Below are positions 39,865 to 52,973 of a stretch of DNA of 64,000 bases, one piece after another (within the stretch, counting starts at the first letter, position 1; each line of letters opens with the position of its first letter). This DNA comes from Podarcis muralis (taxonomy: Eukaryota). The notes beneath the pieces were generated by a model. It was not told where the DNA came from and ran no database searches. It worked only from the letters and a program-made list of their open reading frames with translations. The position numbers were made by a program, and so were the translations under genes. The stretch is from the NCBI RefSeq assembly GCF_964188315.1, contig NC_135659.1, positions 62,248,001 through 62,312,000 of the forward strand. Direction: 5' to 3'.

Positions 39865-42800
39865 TTGTGCTGGTATATTTTACTGAAAATACTTTAAATA
39901 AAACTTTAAATGTTTCTCATATTTTAAATCTAGTTGATTTATCAACTATCACTTTTTTCAAATAACACTAGTTTCAATAAAACAAGATTTCGACTTGCTA
40001 CATAAGTGTTGAAGCTCAGAAGTGTAGCTCCCTAGGAAGAAGAAGACAGATTGGTGGTAGCATCCCTTCACAAAGCTAAGATGTTGTATATAGTATGATG
40101 ATAGAAGTAGAAGAATAACTGATGGGCGATGAACAGGTTTAATCACTTGAAAAGCTTTATCGTGTGATTTCCCCTGATCCTGCCCTCTAGATACAAATTT
40201 GTCTCTTATATGGCTGGGAATTTCCCAGCAGGACTTTTTCTACCAGTAAGACTGGGGGGGAATTATGCAGATTACTGTATTGAAACTAAAATATAATCAC
40301 ATACACACTCTTTCTCACAGATAGTTGCCCTAAGTTTTCTCACATATCCTTCCATTCTTAATTCAAGATACAGTATCTTTGAACTTTCTTGATGACAGGG
40401 GTGTGCAATATTTTTTCTTTCATTTTCCCACTCATTTTAAGTCTTTCATTTTGTTTCCATTCCTTTCAGTTGCATTCATGTTTTGTGCTTTCCATTTATT
40501 TCAATTAGAGGCTCATCTGGTCATCTGCTGCCTATAACTTTGTTGCATTCCATCCAAATAGCATTATTTTTTCTGGTATACTGTAATTCCCCACAAAGTA
40601 TCAGGCCTGTCAGATTTCAGGTGGGAAGGACAAAATGCCCCAACTTTTTCTGTTTGTCAATTTCATTGCTTTGTCCCTTCCTCTCTTTTTGTAACCGGAA
40701 AGGTAGCTGCACTGGGCTGTTGGCTGGCTGGCTGAAACCCAACTGTGTGCACCAGTTTCTGTTTTTCTCAGGAAATTATAGGTCCATTATACAACTGAAG
40801 ATTTGTACCTAGATTTATTTCACCAACCTCAAATATACATGTATCTGCTGTGGTGGAGAGTAGAGGTACTATGGCCTCTTATCTTCAATCCATTTTGTTG
40901 CCGAAAGTTCCAGGGAGAATGGTTTCTCTGACAGAAACTAATACAACTGGATTGTTTAAACATGGCAAATGTTTCAGACTCACTAGGAGCAAGGATTTTA
41001 TTTCAGCCCTATTCCTGGGCCTGGAGTGAGGGGCATTGTGCAAAAGCAAGCAGCCTTTCTCATGCCAGAGTTTGCAGAGCAGGTGCTAATGACATCCTGT
41101 TTTAGTTTTTGGCTATTAATAGCAGGGGTACAATGTGGATATCTAAAGAACAGTAAAATACGAGGGCTGCCTCCTTGAGATGTGCATGAAAATAGCAAAA
41201 TCAGAAAATGTAAGAAGAACTAGGAAACTCACTAGTGTGTTAAGCTAAGTATATTTTTGGTGTAACATGCTGAAATTTTAGTGTAATGCACTGCTGGATT
41301 TCACAGCCTCATCCTCAAAATACACAAACCATTTTGTTTCCCTGCAAATATTCCTTTCCTGAGGAGGGACTCCCGGTGTCACTAGGCTGCATTTCCAATT
41401 GAGATGGATAGAAGAATATAGCATAAAGGAATTGGCCTACTCTTGTAAGAGTCAGACCTTTTGGTCTAATGGTAATCTATGATTCTCTCTGATTTCTGGG
41501 ACAGTTCTTGTCTCTGCATTTAATATGAGGTCCTATATGGGAATTGAACTTCATACATGCAAAGCTGAATGACCCCTTTCCTGATGGGGGAGGGGGTCTT
41601 GTGCAACAAACAGAGCAGGTGTCCCATCGTATACCCACATCCTGGGTTTATGGAGCGTGGTATTGGCAATGTCATGGTCATCACTAGAGTTTCTTAACAG
41701 AATATTTCAAGTATTCGCTGAAAATTGGAGTTTGATCTCCCCCTCTGTGGTGTGCTTATTTTCAGTAGTTCTAGTCTGATTTTGCCCTTCATACCTGCCA
41801 GTCTTTTTTTTTTCTGTTAGGAGATCTCAAACCATCAAAAATTACTCTCATAACAGCCCAGTGATGTGTGACTCACTGACTCAAAACTGCCTAGATTTTT
41901 TTTTTCGTGTTTCAGCTTTTTGTTCTCTCCCTTCTATAAGGAGGTCAGGCTGACATCCATCTTTCCCCCATGAGGTTTTGTAGGGGAAAGAACCCACGTC
42001 TCCTTTATCGATGTCCAGAGCTATAACTACTAAACAACCATACTAGCTGTCTGCGTATAGTTGAGGAAGATAGGGTACTTTAACCAGCAGTAAGTGGGTT
42101 ATGGAAATTACAGGGTGGGTTAACCAAGTAGCAGGTGAGACGTTAGGATTGCAGGATAGGGAACGTAAATGAAAATTGTGCCCATTAAAAAGAAAGGAAA
42201 AAGCCGCAGGCAAAACTAAACTGTAAAAACCAGACCATTGTATCCCACATAAAGGAAGGCCTGTTTGTCATGTGTGTGGCACACACTCAGTCCATCAAAC
42301 GGAGGATTGCCATTTAAGAAAGCAGTAAAATCAACTCTCTGTAGTTTCTCATTCTTTGTGTGTTTGCTCAGGGACCCGCAGGCTAGCTTTTTGCTGCACT
42401 TTAGGTTACATTAAAAGCAGAAGCTGTTACCCTTACAAGATTGCCACACTTCCTGTTTTCAGAGTGACAGGATGAAATGAGCTGTTAACAAACATTGTCT
42501 TGGTAATCTCTTTGTCAGTATCTACTAAAAAGGAGTAATACTATGATCAGTTCCATTTGCACCGAGATGCTAAAAGAAGGAGCCCTCAGGTTTTTAATGT
42601 GTGCATGAGGAGAGAGGACCCAGCCAACAACATACTGTGTATGCGACAATGACCCAAGTACCTACACAAAGACTAGGGAAGTAGATAGGATTAATGCAGT
42701 GTACCTTTTAACAGTGATATGAAAACAGGCACACTTTTTCTGTTGGGATCAAAGTACAGTAGGTTCATAAGGTCTGGTACGTGTGTACTGAGTTTCATGG

Positions 42801-43058
42801 GTGCTCTGACTGACTGCCCAGCTGGTGGTGGATTTCTTCAGTGACCTCATTTTCCTCATTCCCTCCTTGGTGTGCTTCTTGGAACAAAAGCTGCCCAGGT
42901 TCCATGGTGTGCTTTGAAAAAGCTGCTCTGCCTCTTGTTTTGCTTTGGTGAGCTGCTGCTGGGACTCACTGTGATCAGGAGGAGGAGGAGGAGGCAGGGC
43001 ATGCTGCTGAAATGAAGAGTGTAGTGCAGCCTGCCCTGTTGCAGCCGCCATCTCAGCC

Positions 43059-43870
43059 ATGTGGCTGCAGCCCTGGGAGTTTAGCAGTTGCTACCTGGGG
43101 AAACCCCCTGATTCCAGGAAAGGATCCAAGCCCATGAGGCTGAGCTGGAAAAACCCAACAAGTTCATTAAATTGGTGCTCAAGGAAGGGAAGAACCTCAC
43201 TGATACCGCCACAAATATTTTTACTGTCCAAAGAAAGTTACTCCATTCTGTTTCTGCATCTTCAATAAACATTTGGATGGATGAACTCTCTTAACTTTCT
43301 GAACAATTTAGAAGAAGAACAAGAGATACCGGCCCTTGGTGTTAATGAAAGTTTGCTCAAGTCTCTAGAAAGTTTAAGAAAACAGCAACTTAGAGCCGTA
43401 AAGGCAAAAAACGAGAAGTGTGATAAAAGAAACAGAACTACAGTTCGCCAGTACACAAGCATTTAAATATATTGCCTAAGGAAGAAAAAAACCTTCAGCC
43501 ATTGGTGACAGACTACCAAGTGAAACAAAACCGAAAACATTTTTTACAAGCTGCCCCTGGATTAGGATATGTGTACAAGTTACAAGAGTACAAAAACAAA
43601 ACAAATTTGAATTGAATCTGTTTTGGATGCTCAATTTCTACCATCAGGATTGCAAGCTTGCCGAAGATTTGACCACTACAAAGTGGCTCTGCAGATCGAT
43701 ATCCAGACTACAAGAAATAAAAGAATAAAATTAATTGTTTGGAAGGAGCAGGGTTGGGTGTGGGTGACCTGGAAGTTCTCGCAAACAAAATCAAGCACAG
43801 TCCCCAATAACAGAAAACAGTAAATCAGCCTGCAGTTGAAGGCTACCTTTGTGCACATGGGGAAAGGAAG
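43059..43870 (+). pseudogene. ARHGAP10: Processed pseudogene of ARHGAP10 (GRAF2), BAR domain to start of PH domain
   Basis: Frameshifted segments read MWLQPWEFSSCYL / FQERIQAHEAELEKPNKFIKLVLKEGKNL / NFLNNLEEEQEIPALGVNESLLKSLESLRKQQLRAVK / KHLN..QVKQNRKHF..YVYKLQE / FYHQ / HYKVALQIDIQTTRN / NKIKHSP / EGYL. They are collinear with recalled ARHGAP10 ([94 protein letters not shown]..EGYL). No introns; several stops and frameshifts. Confidence 0.88.
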
Positions 43871-44146
43871 ATGCTTCTTTGTTTTCATGATAAGAGTTTT
43901 TGAACACACCTGCAAAGGCTGCTCAGAGTGACCCACACATCTGATGATTGGCATGGGGAGTCAAGATTACTTTTTATAGTCTGGCAATAAATAGATAAAT
44001 ATACCAAGGCTCTGGAGAATTGTCACTGCTGTTTAAGAATTATTGGCTTTTGATTTTATTTTTGAATTTTTTATCTTCTGTATGCATCATAAGGGTAGGG
44101 TGAAAATAGTCTGAATAAATATATTTTAACAAATTAAAGTTGGGTA

Positions 44147-44510
44147 AACGTAAAGGACCCCTGACAGTTAAGTCTAGTTGCGAATGACTCTGGGGTTGCG
44201 GCGCTCATCTCGCTTTACTGGCCAAGGGAGCCGACTTTTGTCCGCAGACAGTTTTTCTGGGTCATATGGCCAGCATGACTAAGCTGCTTCTGGCGAAACC
44301 AGAGCAGCACACGGAAATGCCGTTTACCTTCCTGCCTCAGCGGTACCTATTTATCTACTTGCACTTCGTTGTGTTTTTGAACTGCTAGGTGGGCAGGAGC
44401 AGGGACCGAGCAACGGGAGCTCATCCCATCGCGGGGATTCGAACCGCTGACCTTCTGATCGGCAAGTCCTAGGCTCAGTGGTTTACACCACAGCGCCACC
44501 CGCGTCCCAC
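44147..44510 (-). mobile_element. Sauria SINE, full length
   Basis: Reverse-complement copy of the 19213 element. TSD ttaaagttgggta at 44134-44146 and 44511-44523. Confidence 0.95.
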
Positions 44511-45361
44511 TTAAAGTTGGGTAGGTGCCTCATAAAAGAGTGAATGAACAATGGGTGTGGAAGCACCCTTGGACTGGAAAAGTTCTCTCATTAAACTCTC
44601 ATTTAAAGTACTTATTGCTGAATTGCTGTGAACAAAAGATCCCCCCCCCATGTATACCTGTTATTTTCTTTTATTTCTTACCATGGGCTATTTGCAGGAT
44701 GATGCTTGGTTGGCAGCTCCCTGATGCTCCAACTCAGAATTATGGTGACATCCTTGCTGTGTGACAGATAAGTTTCCAACACAGGTCAATTCTTTTCTGT
44801 GTATCTTTACATTGTTTGCTGGCAATGGAACAGTTGAACCATCTGTCACTAAGCACGGAGGTGCAATAAGAACAAATTAATTCCACACCGCATGCAAGAT
44901 GTCTTGCTGAATGACCCTCTGGGAAGTGCTAGGACTGCTAAAACTTATATTTGTTCAGTGGCAAAATGTAGTGCTAAATTTAAAATGTCTGAGAAAGGAA
45001 ATGGATTTGTCTGTTAACTGGTCAGTTACTGCCTTGTATTCTGAGGCAAAGCAATCTTGCAAGCATTTTTAAATTGATCTTGGGGATGTATTGGTTAAAA
45101 CCTGCATGAACCCCCCACCCATATTTAATAACAAGGTAACAGCTCTACTTCTTGACACCCCTATGCCTCTTGTTTTCTTTATGTAATCTGCTGTAGTGCT
45201 GTCTAGAATCAAAATGAATTCTTGCTGTTTTATGTTGGGTGTACAATTTATTAAGGATGTGCAAAAGCTTCTAATGATTAGAAGGGCTAAAATTAATGTG
45301 TGCAGCGGAGTGAGGGGAATATGTATATTTATTAGAATGTGTTTTGATACATTGCACATAC

Positions 45362-45500
45362 TAGGAGTGCCAGCTTGGCCCCGCGACCATGGGTGCCTGG
45401 GGCCATGGCCCTGGCACCAAAATTTTTGGGTGCCCAGCCCCTTCATGAGGAATTTTGTGGATGCTCGGGCACCCAGAGCCCCAGGGAGCTGGCACCTCTG
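45362..45500. mobile_element. hAT-like MITE, degraded
   Basis: Imperfect TIR taggagtgccagct/agctggcacctctg. Weak TSD (5 of 8). Confidence 0.55.
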
Positions 45501-46704
45501 CTACGTACCATGACTGTCCACACATATATCTATGAATGTGAGGAGGAACCTGCCATTGTGCTGCTGTTTCCCTCTCCACATGTTCACTTCAGCCTTTTTA
45601 AATGTCTGGAAGAGGCTTATTTTCCGGATAGAATAGGCACTGTGTGACTTGGTGCCTACATAATGCGAAATCAGACCATGAGTTTACAGCAGATTCTGCT
45701 TGTTACTGGTAGAAACTAAGGTTGGGAACCCAAGTATGCCATGAGTGACAGTGTGGAAAGAAGCAGTTCTAGAGAACACACAGTCAAGATGAGGAAATCT
45801 AGAACGTCCATTTTATAGCAGAGCTGCATGACCCAGTCCGCTGCCTGCAGTGTTTATAAAGCTTTCAGCAGCAAATATTGCACTAATTGTGGGGATTATT
45901 TTTCCTTTTTAAAATGGGGACTTACCTACTTGAACAGGAGTTGTGAGGGTTATATTTATAAGCTAATTTGATACTGCTGTGATAAATATAATGGAAATAA
46001 TTTTATAATAGGGAGTCTTATGGGATTGTCACTAAAGTATTTGAATTGGAAGGCAAGGGAATTAATGAGGGAATTGTAACTGAATTCTCCTAAGGAGAGT
46101 AAATGAAGGAAAAGAACTGCTTTGGAGCACTTCATACATGTCTTTTCCTAGTAGAAAAATGTGTCCTTGCAGGCTAGGATAGTGACTGTCCCAGGGCTGT
46201 CCAATGAATTTCATGACAACATAGAGATTTGAACTTGGGCTCTCCGCATTCAGATACCCTAGCCACTAAATCACGTGGCCTTCTGTACAGAAATCTGCCA
46301 CAAAATGCAGGAAATACCAGGAAGGTGGAGATTAGCAGGACAGACCATGTCATTTGTTTTTTCTGTCATATACCAGCATTGAAACAGTTTTAAAAGTCAT
46401 TGCAGACCATGTTAGTTTGAGGTTGGTTTTGTGGGATGTACTGTAATGTAGTTCTGTTGTAGCACATCCACTTAAATGAACAAGTCATAGATGGTAATCT
46501 GTGGTCCAGGAAATTATATGTATATATATATATATATAGAGAGAGAGTGTGTGTGTTTTTATATTGTAATTTTATGTTGTGAACCACCCTGAGATCTACA
46601 GGTGATAATTTTCAGACATGGCCTGAAGAGAACAGGTAAAGGCTGCTTCCAGACAGATGGTTGTTGTGGCATCAGTGCTGCTTGTGTATGCAAGTTTTTG
46701 TACC

Positions 46705-46885
46705 CACTGGCAGAGGAATGCGGGGACGGGAGCGCACCGCCCCTGGCAGCATGATCCTGGTGGGGTTCCATCGTGGCTGCCCCCCACCCACGCTGGGCGC
46801 CATGCCCCCGCAGGTAGCGCATCGTGCCCCCAGGATGTGTGCCAGCCCTGCCCCTGCCTGCTCTTTGCCTGAAGCTCCGTCACTG
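46705..46885 (+). mobile_element. GC-rich hAT MITE
   Basis: Ends cactggcagagg…ccgtcactg. Perfect TSD tttgtacc. Confidence 0.9.
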
Positions 46886-46904
46886 TTTGTACCTTCCTCA
46901 TGAT

Positions 46905-47043
46905 CAATGCTTTTTTTCTGGGGTGACTCAGTGGTACTCATTACTGGCACCTTTTTTCTAATGATAACATGTGGCAATTACTGTAACAACTTCATGGCGA
47001 GTACCAGCACCTTTTTTCTTTTCTTTTTTTAAAAAAAGCACTG
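46905..47043. mobile_element. hAT MITE
   Basis: TIR CAATGCTTTTTTT/AAAAAAAGCACTG. TSD ctcatgat/gtcctgat (6 of 8). Confidence 0.8.
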
Positions 47044-47196
47044 GTCCTGATACTGTTATCATAGAAGTGCCAGCACATAACTTAATTTTTTTTCATATGG
47101 TTCTCTTCTTACTGAATAAAATCTCTTAAGTAAAAACAAAACGGCACAGTTGTGCTTAGGTGAGGAGGAAGCAGGCGTAGGGGTGTGGCATTAGAG

Positions 47197-47360
47197 CAGT
47201 GGCGGGGGGGTGGAGAGCAGGCAGGGGCGGGGCTGGGGTGCGTCCTGGGGGCGGGGCGTGCCACCCAGTGCAGGCGGGGAGGCAGCCGCGATGGCACCCT
47301 GCCAGGATCACGCTGCCAGGGGCAGGGTGCTCCCCCCGCATGCCTCTTCCTCCGCCAGTG
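47197..47360 (-). mobile_element. GC-rich hAT MITE
   Basis: Ends cagtggcgg…ccgccagtg. Perfect TSD cattagag. Inverted homolog of the 46705 copy. Confidence 0.92.
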
Positions 47361-47934
47361 CATTAGAGACCACTCACCAAAATGATAACACACATCTGAC
47401 ACCCACCCCAAAAGAAGAAATGCTAAGGAGCGTGTACAGTAGCAGTGACAGGAGTTATTTCTGGTGGCCCAGACTATACAAGGATGCATAGTTTCATCAG
47501 TTGTCCCATGCTGAAGGCATGTCAGAATACCAATCCAGTTTGGAGGAGCTAGTCTCTCAAAATCTCAACACCTGTGGGGGATTACCTTCAAGATGGTAAT
47601 CTCAGTCCAAGCACCATGACATAAAAAATAATAATACAGAGGTGTTGCACAAGACTTTTTAGCAGAAGCTTGTGGCCTTGCACAAGACGTTGGTGTTATT
47701 CTTTTTAAAACCAACAAGTGGAAATAGATGTTGTCCCCCCCAAACCTCCATTTTGCCTGTAGTAAAACATGATCTACAGGCGGCTAATGTTTTCTCTTAC
47801 ACACTTTCAGTTAATTTTTTTGAAAGGTGTGCACATAGAGGTAGAGAAATACCTGCATGCATGCCAGGAATGGGTAAGGCAGTGATGGAATGAAAGGGAA
47901 CACACAACAAGGAAATCATTTCGTAAGAACCACC

Positions 47935-48148
47935 CACTGGTATTGATTAGACAAATTCTGGAGGCTAAAGTGCCTCCACTGTTTGAGGGAATGTGCCTCG
48001 GCATACCAGTTTCTGGGAACCACAAGCGAAAAGAGTGCTGTTGACCATAGGTCCTGTTTGCAGGCTTCCCTTGAGTATCTTCTGGCCACTGTGACAACAG
48101 GATGCTGGACTAGATAACTGGCCTAATCCAATAGGCTGTTCTTATGTG
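47935..48148 (+). mobile_element. CR1 LINE 3' end
   Basis: ttagacaaattctggagg…ggccactgtgacaacaggatgctggactagat…ggctgttcttatgt terminus. Confidence 0.75.
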
Positions 48149-49716
48149 ATCTGGAAATAGCCAACCGCATTCAAATGCGAATTGCACATACAGAAAAATG
48201 GATCTAAATCATCCCTTTGCAGCATCAGTGGAAGCAACCTGTGTCATTTGCACCAAGATAATGCCGAGAGGCATGAATCCTGGCAAGCAAATGCATTTCT
48301 AGTGTCTCATCCTGTTACTCTTCATAGTCACAGCTGTGGTGTTTTTCAGTACTTAAAGTGAGAGGGTGGTAGCCTCAGACAGGATGTAGACACACATTAC
48401 AAAGGAAATGGTAAATGGAATAAGCAAGAGGTAAGCGTAACTTTGCTGTCCAATAGAAAGAGAGTGGGAATGGAATTGTGCTTAGTCACCTCACTGCTGA
48501 ATAATGTTTGGGAGACAGAAATTAAAGACTGGGGGCACTGATTTATCAAGTCCTGTTGGAATCAATTATTATTTGATGGCCTGATGGTATGAGCACCTGT
48601 CATGAAATAGTGCCTTATTAAATGAAGCAGTAGTGGTGCTGTTCCCTTCTAGAACTGGGTCTAAACTGTAGATCCAGGCTGGAGGAGTAAATCTTGCCAA
48701 TAGCACTTTTCTGTTTGTTGATGTAGGTTCTGAGCTGTAAGTTTAAAACATACTACTAAGGAAGCGTATACAATCTCTGCAGACTTCCTTTCTGTCTTAT
48801 TTGTCAATGTTGTGTAAAGATAATTAAAATGTTAATTTAAACACGAAATAACAAGCCACATTGAATCACAGTAGAAAGATGCGTGCCATATCAGTTCTTA
48901 GTTTTCCAGCATCACGTTTGACTAAGCAGTTATATTTGTTTTCCTTCTGTTGTATGAATATACTTTGTAAGTTACACATGTACTTTGTCCTCATTTCCCT
49001 ACAGTCCCTATGCACAAAGTGGACCCGCCTGAAGACAAATACTACGAACCACCTGAAAGCTGAAGGGGGTATGATAGAGCCACCTTTGCGTGTGCCCAGA
49101 GACCTAGTTATTTCTCACGTAAAACCCCCGCATAACCTGTTCTACCAGTAGCAAAATTGGGACAAAAGGGAAATTTGCACTGTGACTTGGAGAAGCTAAG
49201 TAACAGCAGTTATCTTCTCCAAACAGTACAAATGAGATAAGACTCCACCTCTCCCTCAAGCCTTCTGGCAGTCACAGAGGGATTGAGGGAGAGGCAGCGA
49301 TTTCTGTCCTTTGTGCTGTGCTATGGAGAAAGTATGAAATGGATCTTTTGGGGAGGGAGTTGATGGGAAAAATGAATAAATGGAGCCTGGCTAAAAAGCC
49401 AGATGACTGTTTTTGTGGACTTCCGTGAAGTGCCAAGTGTACAAGAAGTAGATGAGACCAAAACTCTTAACAGAGTAGTGGGAAACCTCTGGTCCATGGA
49501 CCAGTCCAGGGGGTCCAATTTGGCTGAGGGAGGGGTGCTGTGGACCTTTGTGCCTACAGAACGGTCAGTCATCAGCACCCGTCTTGTGCCTGCTCATTAA
49601 CACTATAGACTGCATAGAACATATTAGAAGCTCTAGGTCCAGTCACTGGAAACAAAGTGATACTGTTATTTATAGAACACGCTGCCCTTTTAAAGATTAA
49701 TGTGCTCACCAGTATA

Positions 49717-49874
49717 CAGTGGCGTAGCGTGGGGGGTGCAGGGGGGGCCGGCCGCACCGGGCGCAACATCTGGGGTTAGGGCAAATCCACGGGTTAGGGG
49801 GCGCAAATCCACGGGTTAGGGGGCGCAAATTACTTGCCTTGCCCCGGGTGCTGACAACCCACGCTACGCCGCTG
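49717..49874. mobile_element. hAT MITE with internal tandem repeat
   Basis: TIR CAGTGGCGTAGCGTGGG/CCCACGCTACGCCGCTG (16 of 17 complementary). Perfect TSD ccagtata at 49709-49716 and 49875-49882. Confidence 0.93.
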
Positions 49875-51917
49875 CCAGTATAACAACCTACTAGCATACT
49901 GATGCTAGAAAATAAGAAATACAAAAACATTCAGGGTTGTGTAAGTTCTGTGATTGCACTGTGCAAGGGTGGCATTTGGTACTAGGAGCACAATTTCATA
50001 TTCTGAAGAATTCACCCCCAAAATCAATTTCCCAATCCTAAGAAACCTGTGAAATTTCAAGAAGCTTGACTGACTTTCCAGTCCATATGGAGCATGGCAT
50101 CAGTGCTGTGGCATAATAACATAAGGAGAACCTGCTGCATGAGGCCAATGGCGCATCTTAGTCCAGCATCCTGTTCTCACAGTGGCCTCTTAGTGGGAAA
50201 CCTGCAACAAGACCCAAGCACAAGAGCAGTCTCCCCTCCCACGATTTCCATCAGCTGGTATTTCAGAAGCACACTGCCTCCAATGCTATCCGTTGACAGT
50301 CTTATCCTCCATGAATTATCCACTCCTCTTTTAAAGCCGTCCAATTTGACTTTCCCCTTTTCTGTAAATAGCAGAAACATAACACACTATTCAAAGTAAA
50401 CAGATAAATATTTGCACATATTACAGAATTGAGCTTTTGTGATGCAGATTTTTTTTGAGCTATATTTAATGCACCTGGTAAACCGTTCTGGTAATAACAT
50501 GTCTAGCATCATGCCTCATGGAGGATTCTGGGTAACTAAAAGACTTAAACACACGAGCAGAATTCAGTTCAACAGAACTGCTCATTTTGGTTTCCTTTTT
50601 CTCTGGAATCAGTACTGTAAAACCTAACTGTATGAGGACTGCTACGATTGCTAATGTATTTGAACCATTAAGATCTATACTAGAGATGAAGCTTTTCTAT
50701 TCTTTCACCCATGAAAAGTGAGCTGCAGTATGCCAATCACTGCTGTAAAACTGGTCCTTTGCATGGCTCCAATTTGAAAGAAATATCATCTTTATCTTGA
50801 GGCATTCCTGTATTATCTACAGCTTGCCGACTCTTAGTCTTATGAGCTCCGGGACTGGGATGGTCTTTTAATAATAGGTCATTGCCCTTTCTAAGAATAA
50901 AGCATTCATCCTGCAGTTCCTTGGCTTTGTTGCTTTTTATGAGCAGGGTTTCTTTTGAGGTGACATCTGTAGCATTGAGGTTTGGATCTTCTACCTATGG
51001 CAAAAGGGGCAATTGGATTACAGACAACTTCAAACATTCATCTGTTTGTAATTTTAGGAGCTTGGTCTCTCAAGAAATTTATTTCACTAGAAGAATCCAT
51101 CAACAGTGTGGGGCATAACACAATCTTATACTCTTACAGCATGGCTGACATTTTAGTGAAGGTGAAGAGGAAGTAGACTTCGCTTCAAACGCAATGACAT
51201 TCAGATGCACACACCTTGATATAATTTTATGCCTGTCTCCTTATCATCATGTCCCTATTGGTATGTTTCTGTTTGCTTTGAGCAGCCACATGCAAAGGGG
51301 TCATAGTTTAAGGTCTTTCTGTAAATCTCACCTCAAGGTAGGATGCAGTGTTCCCTCTCTCTCAGCTTTTGCTCATAAGAATGATAGAGCACTTGATAAG
51401 GTGCTGTACTGGGACCCAGGAGATTGTGAGCCCTTCCTGTTCATCTTCCAGTTCTTTGGGCACTGGGGTAATTTGCTTTTTTTTCTGTCCCAGATTTCCG
51501 TCTGCAAAATAATATTTTATTACTGAGAGGAGGGTTAGGAGCTTAAAATGTGCACCTTTTTTGCAGCAATCTTTCCTGGATTTGTCCTACTCTCTAGATT
51601 TCCCAAATTTGGATCTCCATCTGTTTCTGGACTACAACTCCCACCATCTCTAGCTAGCAGGACCAGTGGTCAGGGATGGTGGGAACTGTAGTCCAAAAAG
51701 AGCTGGAGACCCAGATTTGGGAAACATAGGAATAGGGAACCTGTGACCCTCCACATGTAGTTGGACTCCAACTTCAGCCAGCATGGACAGCCATTAAGAA
51801 CAATGGAAATTGTAGTCAAGCAACAAGAGGACAAGTTTCCCATTGCTGTTCCTGAAGCAATGCTGTGTGAACATCAGTTTTGTATAGTCTATTTAAAAAC
51901 AAACAAACCAAGAGCCA

Positions 51918-52095
51918 GTTAAGATGCTTGTGGCAACATAAAAGTTAATAGCTTCATTATGGCATAAGCTTTCATGGACTAGAGTGGATTTTAGTCCAGG
52001 AAATTTATTCCATAATAAACCTGTTTAGTCTTTAAGATACCACAGGCCTTTTTGTTGTTTCTCCTGCTCTGGACAGCACAGCTACCTCTCCAGAG
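51918..52095. mobile_element. Penelope-like element terminal fragment
   Basis: aataaacctgtttagtctttaagataccacag…ttgttg…cagcacagctacctctccagag resembles reptile Penelope terminal repeats. Confidence 0.6.
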
Positions 52096-52973
52096 TAGAA
52101 GCAAAACCTGAATTTCCAGCATGGTTGCAAGAGTAAGAAGCCGAATTTACTATTAAGGACATGCAACAGGGAAAAACACCAGGTCCATATGGCTGCTCAC
52201 TGGACTGGTATAAAGAACTGAAGTGTGTTGTTGTTTTAAACTCAAAGCTGTTTTTATAAAGAAACCTATGCATTTGGTGGTTTCTTCTAAACTCAGTTGT
52301 GAGATTATGAATTAATTAGTTCTAAACCCAATAAAGAACATACTCTGGGAATGATAGACTTATAAATACCTTTAATTAACCCAGGTGATAGCCTAGCGAC
52401 TGTGTTGGCAGAGAGAAGTCAGAGAGTTATCAAGACAATTATCCACAAAAATCAAGTTGCTTTTATTTGACAGTGGCATAGACAAGTTATTGCTTTGGTT
52501 TCTTTGATGCTTTTTTGGTTTTTGGACCTACTTTCTCTGCAGAAAGTCCCGGTTTAAATCTGCCACATATCCAGGTTAGTCTGGAAAAGACACCAGAGTG
52601 AAACCCTGGTGAATCGCTCCCAGTCAGTGTAAAGCAGTCCTGTAACTGTAGAGCAGGGATGCTAACCTGTGACCCTTCCAGTGTTGCTGGACTCAAACTC
52701 AGCCCCACCCAGCATGCTAATGATCAGGAAATATGGGAGTTCTAGTCCAGAAAGGTCCAAGGAAACCATTCTGTAATCTATTAAAGATAAAACCCATCTG
52801 CTTACCTTCTCCCACGGCTATGTGCAAGCTGTGTTTTTCTTTCCAAGCCCCAAAATGGAATCCATGACACGATGGTTGGGCACTCACACTGCTGCTGGGA
52901 GTTTTCATTGGCTGAGCATGGGTTGGTAGTCTATGCCCTGCCCAATTCAGCATCCCCACAGGGAAGGGTTGTT

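Noticed and set aside
44535-44610. Possible continuation of the ARHGAP10 retrocopy (QW..EALGGKE-like)
   Set aside because: Similarity is too weak to call by eye and needs an alignment.
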